From an uncultured virus (IMG/VR IMGVR_UViG_2522572172_000008) (taxonomy: Duplodnaviria; Heunggongvirae; Uroviricota; Caudoviricetes), in IMG/VR virus record IMGVR_UViG_2522572172_000008: DNA of 42,502 bases; one strand, 5' to 3'. Made by a program: the position numbers and the translations under genes. Shown here piece by piece: positions 20,104 through 30,511 of the stretch. A model generated the notes under the pieces. That model was given only the letters and a program-made list of their open reading frames with translations, did not search any database and had not been told where the DNA came from. Position 1 is the stretch's first letter; every line of letters begins with the position of its first letter.

Positions 20104-20355
20104 ATGAAATCAAAAAGAATACGAGCTATTTTGAAAGCAACAGGATACAACAAAAAAGGGAATGTATATAAAAAACCTGGCATTTGCTTCAACTGTAACG
20201 GTTCAGGTGTTTGGCATGAATGGATATCAAAAGGCATCTATCCTCATGTCGAGACTTGGTATGAATCACCAGAGACTTGTTCTTGGTGTAAAGGAACAGG
20301 TACAGCTACTGAAGTGACATGCGTTGAAGCTGAAAGAGACATACCATTCCAATAG
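20104..20355 (+). CDS. Small DnaJ-type zinc-finger protein
   Basis: Two CxxCxGxG motifs (CFNCNGSG, CSWCKGTG). Confidence 0.75.
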   Translation: MKSKRIRAILKATGYNKKGNVYKKPGICFNCNGSGVWHEWISKGIYPHVETWYESPETCSWCKGTGTATEVTCVEAERDIPFQ

Positions 20356-20370
20356 AAACGAGGAACAATC

Positions 20371-20700
20371 ATGGACAAATCAAAATTAGCATTAGAAGGA
20401 ATTATTCAAGTGTATCAAAATGGATTTTTAGCAGAATACAAAGAAGATGATAAAAAAGAAATGAGAATCGTTCTTTTAGAATTAATCTTAGAGATTACTC
20501 GTGTTCAAAATGACTTTCGTTATTGTAGCAAAAAAAATTGCCCTTGTTGTCCTGAAGTACATATTGCAAAAATGGTAAAGCAGTACAATGACCAATTAAA
20601 GAAAATTTTTAATCCATATATCCTATCAGATGTAAGTCCTATCTTAATTTTGGAGTACTTAGATAGCTTTAATTTAGAAAATATTAAGGAGATTTCATAA
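20371..20700 (+). CDS. Hypothetical protein
   Basis: GAGG RBS; contains CxxxxCPCCPExH. Confidence 0.7.
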   Translation: MDKSKLALEGIIQVYQNGFLAEYKEDDKKEMRIVLLELILEITRVQNDFRYCSKKNCPCCPEVHIAKMVKQYNDQLKKIFNPYILSDVSPILILEYLDSFNLENIKEIS

Positions 20701-21143
20701 TGAAAGAACCAAAATTCAAAGGATTTAGCACAGAAACAAATCAATGGCATTTCGGATTTGGATATTACATTAACTATTACACTGATAAATTCAAAGCAGA
20801 GAAAGGGATAAATGATAACATCACTCTCTTCACAGAATGTAGCCCTGTCATTGTTGAAATGGAATCTGTAGGTCAATATGCCACTACGGTAACAGATATT
20901 AACCATATCCCTCAAGAATTGTTTGCAGGAGATATTATTCGTTTTCGATACAAAGGGGAATGGAACCCTTGGTCTGAACCTATGGTGATTGAATGGGGTG
21001 GTGATAAGTATCCTGCATTTGATGTAAAAGGTCATTCATATGATTGCAATTTACTATCACTATTCGTCAAAAGTGGTGAATATGAAATTGAATACTTGGG
21101 AACCGCTTATGAAAATCCCAAACTACTAACATCTTACAAATAA
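20700..21143 (+). CDS. YopX-family protein (phage/plasmid)
   Basis: KFKG...WHFG, SVGQY, ELFAGDII and the C-terminal EYLGTAYENPKLL are typical of YopX. Confidence 0.8.
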   Translation: MKEPKFKGFSTETNQWHFGFGYYINYYTDKFKAEKGINDNITLFTECSPVIVEMESVGQYATTVTDINHIPQELFAGDIIRFRYKGEWNPWSEPMVIEWGGDKYPAFDVKGHSYDCNLLSLFVKSGEYEIEYLGTAYENPKLLTSYK

Positions 21144-21164
21144 AAAGGTAAAGGATGAAGAAAA

Positions 21165-21590
21165 ATGTTAAACAATAAATCAATTCAAGATATGGCAGAT
21201 AGATATACAGCATACCAACAATGTTTTCAACATGGAGAATCAGAGAACCCTTGGGATAAAGCTTACGAAAAAGCAGTAGAGTGTATGGATGATATTCCTA
21301 AATTAATTGATGACGTAACCTACTTGCGAAGTCTAATTAAAGGATTGCAACGGGTGAAAGTTCATACATGCACAGTTCCATCATCTGACTGTTGGTATAA
21401 AAATAGAATAAACGAAGAATTCTTTTTATGTCCTTTAACAGAAGGACATTCCGATAGATATCATGTACTTGTAAACATTGAAGGTCAAATAAAAATTTGT
21501 CCAATTAAAAAAGAAGATGTTTCGTTAGTTGGACAAATACTATTACTTGATGAAGCTCATTTTCCACTTATTAATCACAACCGTAAATAA
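21165..21590 (+). CDS. Hypothetical protein
   Basis: AAGGA RBS; 141 aa. Confidence 0.7.
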   Translation: MLNNKSIQDMADRYTAYQQCFQHGESENPWDKAYEKAVECMDDIPKLIDDVTYLRSLIKGLQRVKVHTCTVPSSDCWYKNRINEEFFLCPLTEGHSDRYHVLVNIEGQIKICPIKKEDVSLVGQILLLDEAHFPLINHNRK

Positions 21591-21602
21591 TATATAAATC
21601 AG

Positions 21603-21639
21603 AAGAAAGACCTATTGTAATAAACAATAGGTCTTTCTT
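21603..21639. terminator. Bidirectional terminator between convergent genes
   Basis: AAGAAAGACCTATTG-7nt-CAATAGGTCTTTCTT perfect 15-bp stem. Confidence 0.75.
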
Positions 21640-21703
21640 ACTTATATGTAAAATATACAAACTGTAAGAGGTGTATACACTATAAGTTATCATTTATGAA
21701 TTT

Positions 21704-21982
21704 TTAAGCCCCAATAAACATTGTGCCTCCTATCATCCATATAAATGGTGTGCAAAACAAAACAGAATTTAATACCATCCCGAATTTCGTCCATCTACTT
21801 CTTTCGCTTTTATAGGAAATATAGGCTAAAATAAATCCAATGGGACAAATAATCAATGGAAAGAAAATAGGCAATCCTTCTAAGATATTTGGGATAACCT
21901 CGCATAAAAAATTAACAATGAGCATTGTTAATACAAGGGGTATCAATATGGATATAATCGTTCTTATCTTATTTACATTCAC
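21704..21982 (-). CDS. Small three-TM membrane protein
   Basis: AAGGAGG RBS before GTG 21982; three hydrophobic segments. Confidence 0.7.
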   Translation of the reverse strand: MNVNKIRTIISILIPLVLTMLIVNFLCEVIPNILEGLPIFFPLIICPIGFILAYISYKSERSRWTKFGMVLNSVLFCTPFIWMIGGTMFIGA

Positions 21983-22166
21983 CGTAGCATCCCCCTCCTT
22001 TACCATAAAATATATAATTATTGTTAATGTACATATTTTAGAGTCTACCTATAACAATCTTATATAATAGTAATCATTAATTACAATTCATTTTATATTC
22101 GTTATCCTTATATCCATCAAAAAATCCCCCACTCCTAAAAGTAAGGGATTCCATTAATCTACAATA

Positions 22167-23534
22167 TTAGAATCGTTTAAATCCTAATAAGTGTTTCTTC
22201 CAATATGGACTATTAATATCTGAAATTGCGATTGTTGGTTCTTTTGCATTAATAAATTCATGGTCATTTAACATAATTCCAATATGAGAAGGACCTGCTT
22301 TGTATGTGCCTTGGAAGAATACAATATCACCCGCTTGAGGTGTTGCAACTTGTGTGAATCTATTAGAATTCCAATATCCAGTTACATTCGTTCTACCAAT
22401 ACTAAATCCTGATTGATTCAATACATAATAAATGAATCCACTACAATCCATTCCACCTACACTTGGATTTGAACCACCCCATACATACTTCATCCCTAAA
22501 AACTTCTTAGAGAATTCTAACATTTGTTGTTTGTTTCGGCTTACTGGCTGTGATACTTGTCCAGTATTTCCAGATGTTACATTCCCTTGTTTTGGTGACT
22601 CATTTGTTTGAATGGCAAAATCTTTACTAATAAACCCTTTTCGTCCATTAAATGAAATTTCTAACCATCCATTTACTTCTGCCGTAGACGTTACAACTGC
22701 CCCCATATGTAATTTGCCAAGAATCGTTGAAGCAGTTGTTCCACTCTCACGTACATTCAGCGTTGTTGTATTTATCTTGTAATTGCTTGTTTTAGAAACT
22801 TGATTAGGAGTTTCTTTATTACCTGCATCTACACCAATCTTCACAAAATCCTTACTTACAAATCCTGATGCATTATCAAATGAAATTCGATACCAATTCC
22901 CTGATTCTCCAGTAATTGTTACATTTTTCCCTCTTGTTAATCGACCAACCTTTCCAAACTGTGTACCTGCTCCTTCTCGAACATTTAACACGTCTGCCGT
23001 TACAATACCTTTTTTACCACCTGTTGTAGCCGTAGGATTTGTTGTAGCAGGTTTATTAGGTTGATTATTACCTTTGTTTTGTGATTGGCTATTAGAGACA
23101 AATTGAGAGCTTACAAATCCCGCTTTTCCATAGTAGTTAATTTTGTACCATTCTCCTTCTTTGCCTGTAACACTAAGAGAATTCCCTTCAAATAAGCGAC
23201 CAATCTGTTCAAATTGTGTACCTGCTCCACTTCGCACTTTTAACACATCTGCTGTTACTACATAACTACCATTTGAAGATACTTGAGTTTGCGTATTCCC
23301 TCCTGTATGAGGGTCTGAAACAACTAACTTATCTCCAATATGTAGTATGTTCGATTGCAAACCACTCCACTCTCGAACTTTGTTGTAATCTACACCATAT
23401 TTATGACCAACATCCCAAAGTGTATCCCCTTTTTGTACAGTGTGCGTCATCGCTTCTGCATTAATTGTTTGACCAAACATCCCTAAAGTACCTACAACCA
23501 CGCACGTACCTAATCCTACAATTGACTTTTTCAT
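22167..23534 (-). CDS. Secreted LysM-SH3b(x3)-NlpC/P60 peptidoglycan endopeptidase (EntFM/CwpFM-like architecture)
   Basis: Signal peptide ending AEA, LysM (HTVQKGDTLW), three LNVR SH3b repeats, YVWGG...DCSGF...HIGI. Confidence 0.92.
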   Translation of the reverse strand: MKKSIVGLGTCVVVGTLGMFGQTINAEAMTHTVQKGDTLWDVGHKYGVDYNKVREWSGLQSNILHIGDKLVVSDPHTGGNTQTQVSSNGSYVVTADVLKVRSGAGTQFEQIGRLFEGNSLSVTGKEGEWYKINYYGKAGFVSSQFVSNSQSQNKGNNQPNKPATTNPTATTGGKKGIVTADVLNVREGAGTQFGKVGRLTRGKNVTITGESGNWYRISFDNASGFVSKDFVKIGVDAGNKETPNQVSKTSNYKINTTTLNVRESGTTASTILGKLHMGAVVTSTAEVNGWLEISFNGRKGFISKDFAIQTNESPKQGNVTSGNTGQVSQPVSRNKQQMLEFSKKFLGMKYVWGGSNPSVGGMDCSGFIYYVLNQSGFSIGRTNVTGYWNSNRFTQVATPQAGDIVFFQGTYKAGPSHIGIMLNDHEFINAKEPTIAISDINSPYWKKHLLGFKRF

Positions 23535-23564
23535 TTATTACAACTCCTTAATCCATTTCGTTCA

Positions 23565-23608
23565 TTGACTATAGTCAATATGTTAACATGTACAAAAACT
23601 ATAGGCAA
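23565..23608 (-). promoter_or_regulatory. Putative sigmaA promoter bracketed by two palindromic operator-like sites
   Basis: Perfect TTGACTATAGTCAA at 23565-23578 and AAAACTATAGGCAA at 23595-23608; the minus strand reads TTGCCT-17nt-TAACAT with an extended TG. Confidence 0.7.
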
Positions 23609-23765
23609 TGTCTTTTTTTAAAAAACTAATAGATAAATAGTTCATAAATCAAAAAACAAAACCCCTCCGAAACATAAACCTATATAAACAAAAAAAGAAA
23701 AGACCTTCTTTTATAAAAAAGCAATAAAAAAGGATAGTAGAACATATTGTCTACTACCCTAAAAT

Positions 23766-24197
23766 TTATGATGCTAACCAACGAGAGAAGAAGTTTAGCA
23801 GTTCTGGAGCGAATAACACACCAGTATATACGAAAACGGAAATGCCCATTCCAAGAAGACCTTTTCCTACGAATCCAATTAAAGCCACGATAGCAAAAAC
23901 AATAAATGCAATTACAGCTAATGGCTGAATAAAAGTTTGTAAGAACTTAACTACGTCATATCCTTTTCTTTCAGCCCAATTACTTGCTTGGTCAATAGAA
24001 ACTGATGGCACTTCTTTATCTGGGGCATAATCAAATTTCCTACTATTTGTTTTAATAGCATCTCTATTGATTGCCTCTACCTTATTAGTTGTCACGCTCT
24101 CTTCTGCGTGAGCCTGTATTTGGACAAGTGGTAAAATGAGTAATACCGCAATCCAAAATGCAAAGAAGAGATTTTTTGGTTTTTCAATAACATGCAT
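23766..24197 (-). CDS. Membrane protein with signal peptide and VirB2/TrbC pilin-like C-terminal hairpin
   Basis: Signal peptide ending QAHA|EE and two C-terminal TM helices; same layout as the spliced pilin at 38713-40010. Confidence 0.6.
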   Translation of the reverse strand: MHVIEKPKNLFFAFWIAVLLILPLVQIQAHAEESVTTNKVEAINRDAIKTNSRKFDYAPDKEVPSVSIDQASNWAERKGYDVVKFLQTFIQPLAVIAFIVFAIVALIGFVGKGLLGMGISVFVYTGVLFAPELLNFFSRWLAS

Positions 24198-24330
24198 AGT
24201 TGCCACCACCTTTTCACTAAAATCTATATATTATAGATATAAAGATAGGCTTTCATAACCATGCATTGTCGAATAATCTCAAAAAAGAGTATGAAACTTT
24301 ACATTTCATACTCTTTGTGTTTCATCATTC

Positions 24331-24648
24331 TTAATCCATATTGTCTGGTATTAATTCTTCCACTGTTTCATCAACTAACTTCCACAAATAATCATTTGAG
24401 AATCCCCATTGTTTATAGATAATCTCCTGACATCTATTACTTAATATAGCTCTATTACTCTCTTTCTTTGAGAAACTCATTTTTTTGAATTCCTCTTTTA
24501 CTAAAGCTATTACTCTCATATCTAATTCTGTATTATTTACTTCTCTTAGCTGTTCTTTTTCCAGAATCGCAACTAATCGTTCTTTTTCAGTAGTTGTTAA
24601 AGACAATAATTGACCACCTTTGATTTTATTAATCATTTTAGTTATCAT
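24331..24648 (-). CDS. Hypothetical protein
   Basis: GAGGAG RBS; terminator-like hairpin at about 24280-24317 downstream. Confidence 0.7.
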   Translation of the reverse strand: MITKMINKIKGGQLLSLTTTEKERLVAILEKEQLREVNNTELDMRVIALVKEEFKKMSFSKKESNRAILSNRCQEIIYKQWGFSNDYLWKLVDETVEELIPDNMD

Positions 24649-24873
24649 AATGTTCTCTCCTCTTTAGATATAATTTATAAATTATAAATACCTAATTTTT
24701 ATTCTGCTCATGTATTTTAGATTAATAAATCGTAATTTATAATTCATATCCATTAACAAATAAAAAGAAGTACAAGACCCTGTTTCTTCGGATTCTTAGC
24801 ACTTCTTAGTTGCTCTCATTTTCATAATACAGTAAGCGTTTTATTTATATTACCATTCCAGAAATAGAAAGTA

Positions 24874-25128
24874 TTATCTCTTATAAGGAGGTAATTCTTC
24901 TTCCAGTTCCTCTACATCATTCATTAAGTCATCCACCCTATTTCTTAATCTTTTTGTTCTTTCTTTTTCCAATTCAAGTGCTGTTTCAAGTTCTTTTGTA
25001 ATAAAAATAAATCTCTTAGCCAATTCTCGCAAGGCATCTTCTGTATATTTCTCATTTCTTAGTAACTCATCTAATTCTTCCATAGATAAATTTATCAACT
25101 TTTTTGTATCAACAATGACTTCCTTCAT
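24874..25128 (-). CDS. Small coiled-coil protein
   Basis: Heptad-rich E/L/K sequence; GGAAGG RBS. Confidence 0.65.
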   Translation of the reverse strand: MKEVIVDTKKLINLSMEELDELLRNEKYTEDALRELAKRFIFITKELETALELEKERTKRLRNRVDDLMNDVEELEEELPPYKR

Positions 25129-25268
25129 TCTTTTGCACCTTCCTGCTTTAAATCGATTTTTTCTTTACTCTCTTCTTTAGGACTTTCAGATTTTTCTCCA
25201 TAAACATTTTTGATAGTGGTATTCCAACTCTCAAACCAAGTATCAGGTTTCTTTTTTTTATCTTTCAT
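25125..25268 (-). CDS. 47-aa small protein, not in the ORF track (MKDKKKKPDTWFESW...GAKE)
   Basis: GGAG RBS; its TGA overlaps the ATG of the next gene (ATGA coupling at 25125-25128). Confidence 0.6.
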   Translation of the reverse strand: MKDKKKKPDTWFESWNTTIKNVYGEKSESPKEESKEKIDLKQEGAKE

Positions 25269-25354
25269 GTTATAAACACTCCAATTAGCAAATCTTTACT
25301 TAATTTCTTCATTTTCTTTTATATATTATCATCTCTCCTTACAATATGAGATTC

Positions 25355-25555
25355 CTATATAATTTCTACTTTTTTCGTAAGCTTTGACCAGTACGTTTTA
25401 TCTTCTTCATTTCCAGGATGTCTATACTGTGTTGTTGGATTTGTTGCACTAAACCCCTGTTTTCGATATTTATTGATTTCTTTATTAACGACATCATATT
25501 CTTTGTCTTCAACATACATTTCTATAAGTTCAAATTTTTTAATTTCTACTTTCAT
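25355..25555 (-). CDS. Hypothetical protein
   Basis: AAGGAG RBS before ATG 25555. Confidence 0.6.
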   Translation of the reverse strand: MKVEIKKFELIEMYVEDKEYDVVNKEINKYRKQGFSATNPTTQYRHPGNEEDKTYWSKLTKKVEII

Positions 25556-25630
25556 AATACTTTCTCCTTTCATACTCCTTTATCACAAATATCCTATGTG
25601 GAGAGATTTATAACGCTTCTCTTAAGTACA

Positions 25631-25667
25631 GAAGAACTCCCACAGCTAAAGGAGTGGGAGTGGTTAG
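25631..25667 (+). mobile_element. Possible orphan IS200/IS605-type right-end hairpin remnant
   Basis: GAAGAACTCCCAC-loop-GTGGGAGTGGTT resembles Firmicutes IS605 subterminal hairpins; no tnpA/tnpB nearby. Confidence 0.4.
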
Positions 25668-25719
25668 GTTACTATTTACAATCTTAAATCTTTTCATTTA
25701 TTCTTACAATCTCTTACTA

Positions 25720-25902
25720 CTAATTCCACTCTTTACACAAGTTATCATCATCTACTTCTTTATGTATTTTATTTTCTACACAAATCAATTGTGTACCTGT
25801 AGTCATGGAATGCGAACACGACAAACAAGAATAGTCTGGCTTTCCAATCCAACGAGAATCATTTTCTTTTTTCAACTCTTTGATTAGTTCATCCTTAGTC
25901 AT
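25720..25902 (-). CDS. Small Cys-rich protein
   Basis: CLSCSH...C...C; overlaps the upstream ORF. Confidence 0.6.
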   Translation of the reverse strand: MTKDELIKELKKENDSRWIGKPDYSCLSCSHSMTTGTQLICVENKIHKEVDDDNLCKEWN

Positions 25903-26095
25903 TTTTGTATTCCCTTCCTGTTATTTCCCATTTTACATCACTATACTTTCCTTCGCCTCGAATGATTGATGGGACTTCAGGCTGTTTCGCATCAAACTCT
26001 GCCATTTGTTCAATCGTCATGCCTTCATCATAGTGTTCTTTATCGGGCTCATATTCCCATGTTACAGTCATGGATAACTTAATCTTTTCTGCCAT
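25895..26095 (-). CDS. Hypothetical protein
   Basis: Co-oriented ORF overlapping the next gene. Confidence 0.6.
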   Translation of the reverse strand: MAEKIKLSMTVTWEYEPDKEHYDEGMTIEQMAEFDAKQPEVPSIIRGEGKYSDVKWEITGREYKND

Positions 26096-26138
26096 TATTT
26101 TCCCTGCCTTCATTATTTATTCTTGTTTTATTTGTACT

Positions 26139-26594
26139 TTAATTATTTCTCTTCTGATTTTTGTTATATAACATGACATATAATCCACTATCCTCTGGAT
26201 TTTCTATCCCATGTAAAATAATTGATGTCCAATAACCATCTAAAATCATGCGTTTAATAAATAGTCTATCAAGACCACCATTTTGAGGAAATCCACTATA
26301 CTCAAACTCTTGCTCATCCAATGCATGTGAGCAATTCTCCTCGAATCCATAGCCTCCAAATATTCCTTGAAAGACATCTTCTGTATCACTATTTTCTTCG
26401 AATCCATTTTCAAAGATAACTGTTACTTTGTCCGTAGAACAAATCTTTTGGAACATTTCTCTATATTCACCTTGAAAATCAATCAAACATGTCATTTTTC
26501 TGTTAGGATTACTATTTCTTGTAAGGGACGAAACAATCTCCCACGCTTCCTTTGGTAATACATAATTCAAATCATTATTTGTATAAGAAATCAT
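26139..26594 (-). CDS. Hypothetical protein
   Basis: GGAGG RBS before ATG 26594; palindromic site at 26635-26648 upstream. Confidence 0.7.
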   Translation of the reverse strand: MISYTNNDLNYVLPKEAWEIVSSLTRNSNPNRKMTCLIDFQGEYREMFQKICSTDKVTVIFENGFEENSDTEDVFQGIFGGYGFEENCSHALDEQEFEYSGFPQNGGLDRLFIKRMILDGYWTSIILHGIENPEDSGLYVMLYNKNQKRNN

Positions 26595-26867
26595 AATATA
26601 TTCTCCTCCATTTAAATAAATATTAATATTTTTATTGACAATAGTCAATTAAATATATACATGCATTATTACTCAATCTCTCCTCTTTTAATTATTTCAA
26701 TGTAAAATACCAGTTTTTTAGATTTGTATTATTATATGTGATTAAAATGTAGACATTCTATAGAGAAGCAAAGGTTATCTTCATAACTTTAAGTTATTTC
26801 TTATTTTGAAACAAAACATACTTTTATTACAATAAAAAAAGAGGGAGAATGTCTCCCTCTTACTTTA

Positions 26868-29800
26868 TTATTTCAATGCACGTCCCACGCTTGTAACACT
26901 GCCCCAATTGTTAATTTTAGAAACTTTAATTGTATCGTTTGATTGAGGAGCATGAATGTACTCATTGTTACCAATATACATACCTACGTGGTGAGCAGGT
27001 TGTCCCCAGAATACTAAATCTCCTGGTTGAGCTTGGTCTTTTGCAATATTTGTAGCCCATGCTTGCTGTTCTCTTGCAGTACGAGGAATATTCACTCCTG
27101 CTTTCTTATATCCATATTGCATATACCCTGAACAGTCAAACCCTGGATATTCTACTGGATATCCTCCAATCCAAGCACCTGTTTTCTTAGCAGGTTCCCA
27201 TTCTCCATTTGACAATTTCTTAGGTGGTGTCGTTCCACCCCATGCATACCAAGAACCAATAAATTCTTTTAAGTATCCATAAATTTCTTGAGCTTTTTGA
27301 CTACCTTCAATACTCATAGGACCTGAGCCACCAGGAGTAGAAGTACCATCTCCATTTCCTTGCGTACCTGTCGTATCAAATAAAGATGAAGGGTCAATTG
27401 GAGCTTTTGTTTTTTCTGTGTACAATTCAAAGTGAACAACTTCGCCCTCTTCTGTTGTACCACCTGCTGTACCTATTTTTTCTCCTTTTTTAATTTCTTT
27501 TCCTTTTTTCACATCTACAGAACCTAAGTTACCGTAAATGACTGTAGTATTTTTGTATCGAATTTCTACAAACTTACCATGAACACCACCCTCATGTTCA
27601 CTTAAACCAACTACAATACCATCTGAAACAGATTTTACTTCCGTTCCCTGTGGAGCTAAGATATCAATCCCTTTATGGAATTCTTGTGTCTCTTCTTTTT
27701 TCACTAACCCAAATTGTTTTACAATGGTTGCAGGTTCGATATCAATAGGTTTGTCAAATCCATCAGGGAATAACTTACCTACATCTAACTTTTTATCATC
27801 TTTTTTACCAGCCCATGCAGAACCAAGTGGGTTTTTAAATAATTGAGCATATTTCTCTTTCCATATTTCATCTGTCATTTCATCAAATTCAGATAAATAC
27901 TTTTTCTCTTCCATTACAAACATCATATTGATAACATCTTGAGAACGATTTTCTGGAATTAAGTTTTTGTAATGTACAGCATCACTTTCAACCTGTTTAA
28001 GTGGGTCGTGTTTTGGTTTGTCAGGGAATAACTCGTTCCAGTGTTCTTTTAATTTATCAAAGATACCTTTGATTAAAGAACTAAATCCAAAGTCTCCACC
28101 GCCACCTTTTACTTCTAATCCACTTGCAGAACCAACTTCGAGATTTCCATCAGCCATTACTTTCGTTCCATCTTCTTTCATTACCCATGGTGCTTTACTT
28201 TCAGGTGATGCATAGTAACGTAATACATGTTCAATATATTTTGCGTCACCGTAAGTGCTACCACTCCATTTAAAGTATTTAGAAGGGTTATTATGAACCT
28301 CGTCACGGAACTTCATCCATCCAGTGTCTCCCGTATTTTGTCTGATTTCATCAGATGTTTTACCTGTTTCTTGTGCATACAAGTCAACAATTGCATTTGT
28401 ACCACCAGGTCCATAGTTGTAGGCTTGAATAGACAGTAATACATTGTAGAAATTACCTTTTAATCGAGAAGCAAATTCCATCGTACCTGCTTTGATATTC
28501 GCATCCACATCCGTTACATCCCCAGGACCACTTATGTTCATCGTTTCTTCTTGCTTTGTTTGGAAGTTAAATGCAGTTACGCCTTTGATAACCTCTCCTG
28601 GCTTTTCAACTTGCATTAATCCAACCGCCGCACCATTGTATCCTCTACCACCTGGTAAACTTCCTTCATGGTCACCACCAGATTCTTGGGATGCTTTAGC
28701 AACTAATAAATACGGGTCTACACCAAACATCTCTCCATATTTTTTGAATATCTCAATATATTGAAGTGATTTCTTGTAGTTCTCAGAGTCAGCACCTTCA
28801 CCTAACTTGAACTCACCCATATCTACCTGTCCACCACCTTGTTGGGCTTGCTTTTCTTTATCTTCATGCTGTTTCAATAGAGATTCTAATTCTTTAATAT
28901 CCTTGTTCGTTCTACTTCTGACATCAAAAGCAAATCTTGCATCTTTAGGAACTTGAGATTCAAAGTTTTCAACATAGTCTCTGAAATACCTATTCCCTGT
29001 AACACCTGATGTATCAGGGTCTCCATCATATGTAGGTGCTTGTTCCCACATTGTCCCCTCTGCATATTTAAACATAGTTACTTCTTCTTCATACCATTCT
29101 TTTTCCTCATATGATTCTGTAACTGGAGTTAAGCTTGGAATATTCGTTTCTTTTCCATCAGTCCCTTTGAATAAAGGAAGACCTTTGTCATCCGTTTTAA
29201 TACGAGTTTTCTTTACCATCTTCCATTTCTTCACTTTTTGTTTAAATGGTATTTTTTCTTCGTATTTTTCACCAGTGTCTTTCCATTCGTTCGTAATTTT
29301 ATTTGTAATATTACCCGCAGGTGAAGCTACTTTATCAATCATCCAAGTTTTCTTTGGATATCCTTCTACTTCTTTTTTATGCTCTGCTTGTTGACCTTCA
29401 GGAAGATTCTGCTTTTGAACAACTTGTTGTTTTTCTTCATCCCAAGTATCTTGATAAAGAACTTTTCCTCTTCCTTCTTTTTGTTCTTCATACTCTTGGT
29501 AGTGAAGAATTGGAGCAAATCCATAATCCCATACAGCACGTTCCTTTTTGTCTTTTATTAAATTACCATCTTTATCATAACTATTGCTTTCAGCAACTAA
29601 ACGACCTTTATCATCTGTTAATGGTTTTGATTCCATTGTCTCAGGGTCATGATAAACTGGTTTTAAAAATTGCTCTGGATATCTGAACTTATCATCAAAT
29701 AGAAACTCATCCAGTGTCCACAACGTATTAGGACTTAAGTAGAACATCTTTTCTCGCTCAAACTTATCCTTAATATTCTTTTGTTTAATAATAGGGTCAT

Positions 29801-30245
29801 CTGCTGTATATAGCTTTTTCTCATCACCAACAGTAATGTAATAAGAACGGTCTGAAAAATACGTGTAAAAGGCTTTAATGACCTTATTACCAGGCGATAG
29901 ATTCATAGCCTCCCAGATACCACTTAGTGTTTTTACAAGTGGATTATCATGTTCTTTATCATCCATTTGATAACCCTGTTCTTTCCCCCTACTTTCGAAA
30001 ACTGTATCAAAAGTAATCGTAAATATAGAGAAGATTAAAATCGCAATTAATATATATGGAAGGGCCGCAATTACAAGCGATTTAATCGCAGAAAAAACTG
30101 CCTTCATAATCATTTTTGCACCTTTTTTTAATGCCTTCATTGCCATTTTACCTGTCTTCTTTGCACCTTTTTGAACAGCGTTATTCATTTGCTCTTCAGC
30201 TATTTTCGAGGTGGCATCTGTCCCATTTTTATTCTCTTCATTCAT
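26868..30245 (-). CDS. Conjugation-associated multidomain cell-wall hydrolase (VirB1-like): TM anchor, lysozyme-like, M23 and NlpC/P60 domains
   Basis: Lysozyme-like QESGG...GLMQV...QAYNYG, M23-like HKGIDI...HFE, and YAWGG...FDCSG...HVGMY. Confidence 0.9.
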   Translation of the reverse strand: MNEENKNGTDATSKIAEEQMNNAVQKGAKKTGKMAMKALKKGAKMIMKAVFSAIKSLVIAALPYILIAILIFSIFTITFDTVFESRGKEQGYQMDDKEHDNPLVKTLSGIWEAMNLSPGNKVIKAFYTYFSDRSYYITVGDEKKLYTADDPIIKQKNIKDKFEREKMFYLSPNTLWTLDEFLFDDKFRYPEQFLKPVYHDPETMESKPLTDDKGRLVAESNSYDKDGNLIKDKKERAVWDYGFAPILHYQEYEEQKEGRGKVLYQDTWDEEKQQVVQKQNLPEGQQAEHKKEVEGYPKKTWMIDKVASPAGNITNKITNEWKDTGEKYEEKIPFKQKVKKWKMVKKTRIKTDDKGLPLFKGTDGKETNIPSLTPVTESYEEKEWYEEEVTMFKYAEGTMWEQAPTYDGDPDTSGVTGNRYFRDYVENFESQVPKDARFAFDVRSRTNKDIKELESLLKQHEDKEKQAQQGGGQVDMGEFKLGEGADSENYKKSLQYIEIFKKYGEMFGVDPYLLVAKASQESGGDHEGSLPGGRGYNGAAVGLMQVEKPGEVIKGVTAFNFQTKQEETMNISGPGDVTDVDANIKAGTMEFASRLKGNFYNVLLSIQAYNYGPGGTNAIVDLYAQETGKTSDEIRQNTGDTGWMKFRDEVHNNPSKYFKWSGSTYGDAKYIEHVLRYYASPESKAPWVMKEDGTKVMADGNLEVGSASGLEVKGGGGDFGFSSLIKGIFDKLKEHWNELFPDKPKHDPLKQVESDAVHYKNLIPENRSQDVINMMFVMEEKKYLSEFDEMTDEIWKEKYAQLFKNPLGSAWAGKKDDKKLDVGKLFPDGFDKPIDIEPATIVKQFGLVKKEETQEFHKGIDILAPQGTEVKSVSDGIVVGLSEHEGGVHGKFVEIRYKNTTVIYGNLGSVDVKKGKEIKKGEKIGTAGGTTEEGEVVHFELYTEKTKAPIDPSSLFDTTGTQGNGDGTSTPGGSGPMSIEGSQKAQEIYGYLKEFIGSWYAWGGTTPPKKLSNGEWEPAKKTGAWIGGYPVEYPGFDCSGYMQYGYKKAGVNIPRTAREQQAWATNIAKDQAQPGDLVFWGQPAHHVGMYIGNNEYIHAPQSNDTIKVSKINNWGSVTSVGRALK

Positions 30246-30511
30246 CGAATTCTCCCCCTTTCAAAGCTTTATCTTTATTCTATTCTTTTACTATTATTGT
30301 TATCTATATATAACGAGTTCTACTAAGTTTTAACTATAGTTAAAAATAAAACAAATAAAAAAAGGATAGACATTAGCAAAGAAAAATCGCTATTGTCTAT
30401 CCCTCTCTTATTCCTTTTAAAACACAAAAAGGGCTCCATTACCAAGTAGGTAACAGAACCCTTCTATGTAAAAAATCCATCTTTATTTAAACTGCATGAA
30501 AAAGAGAAATC

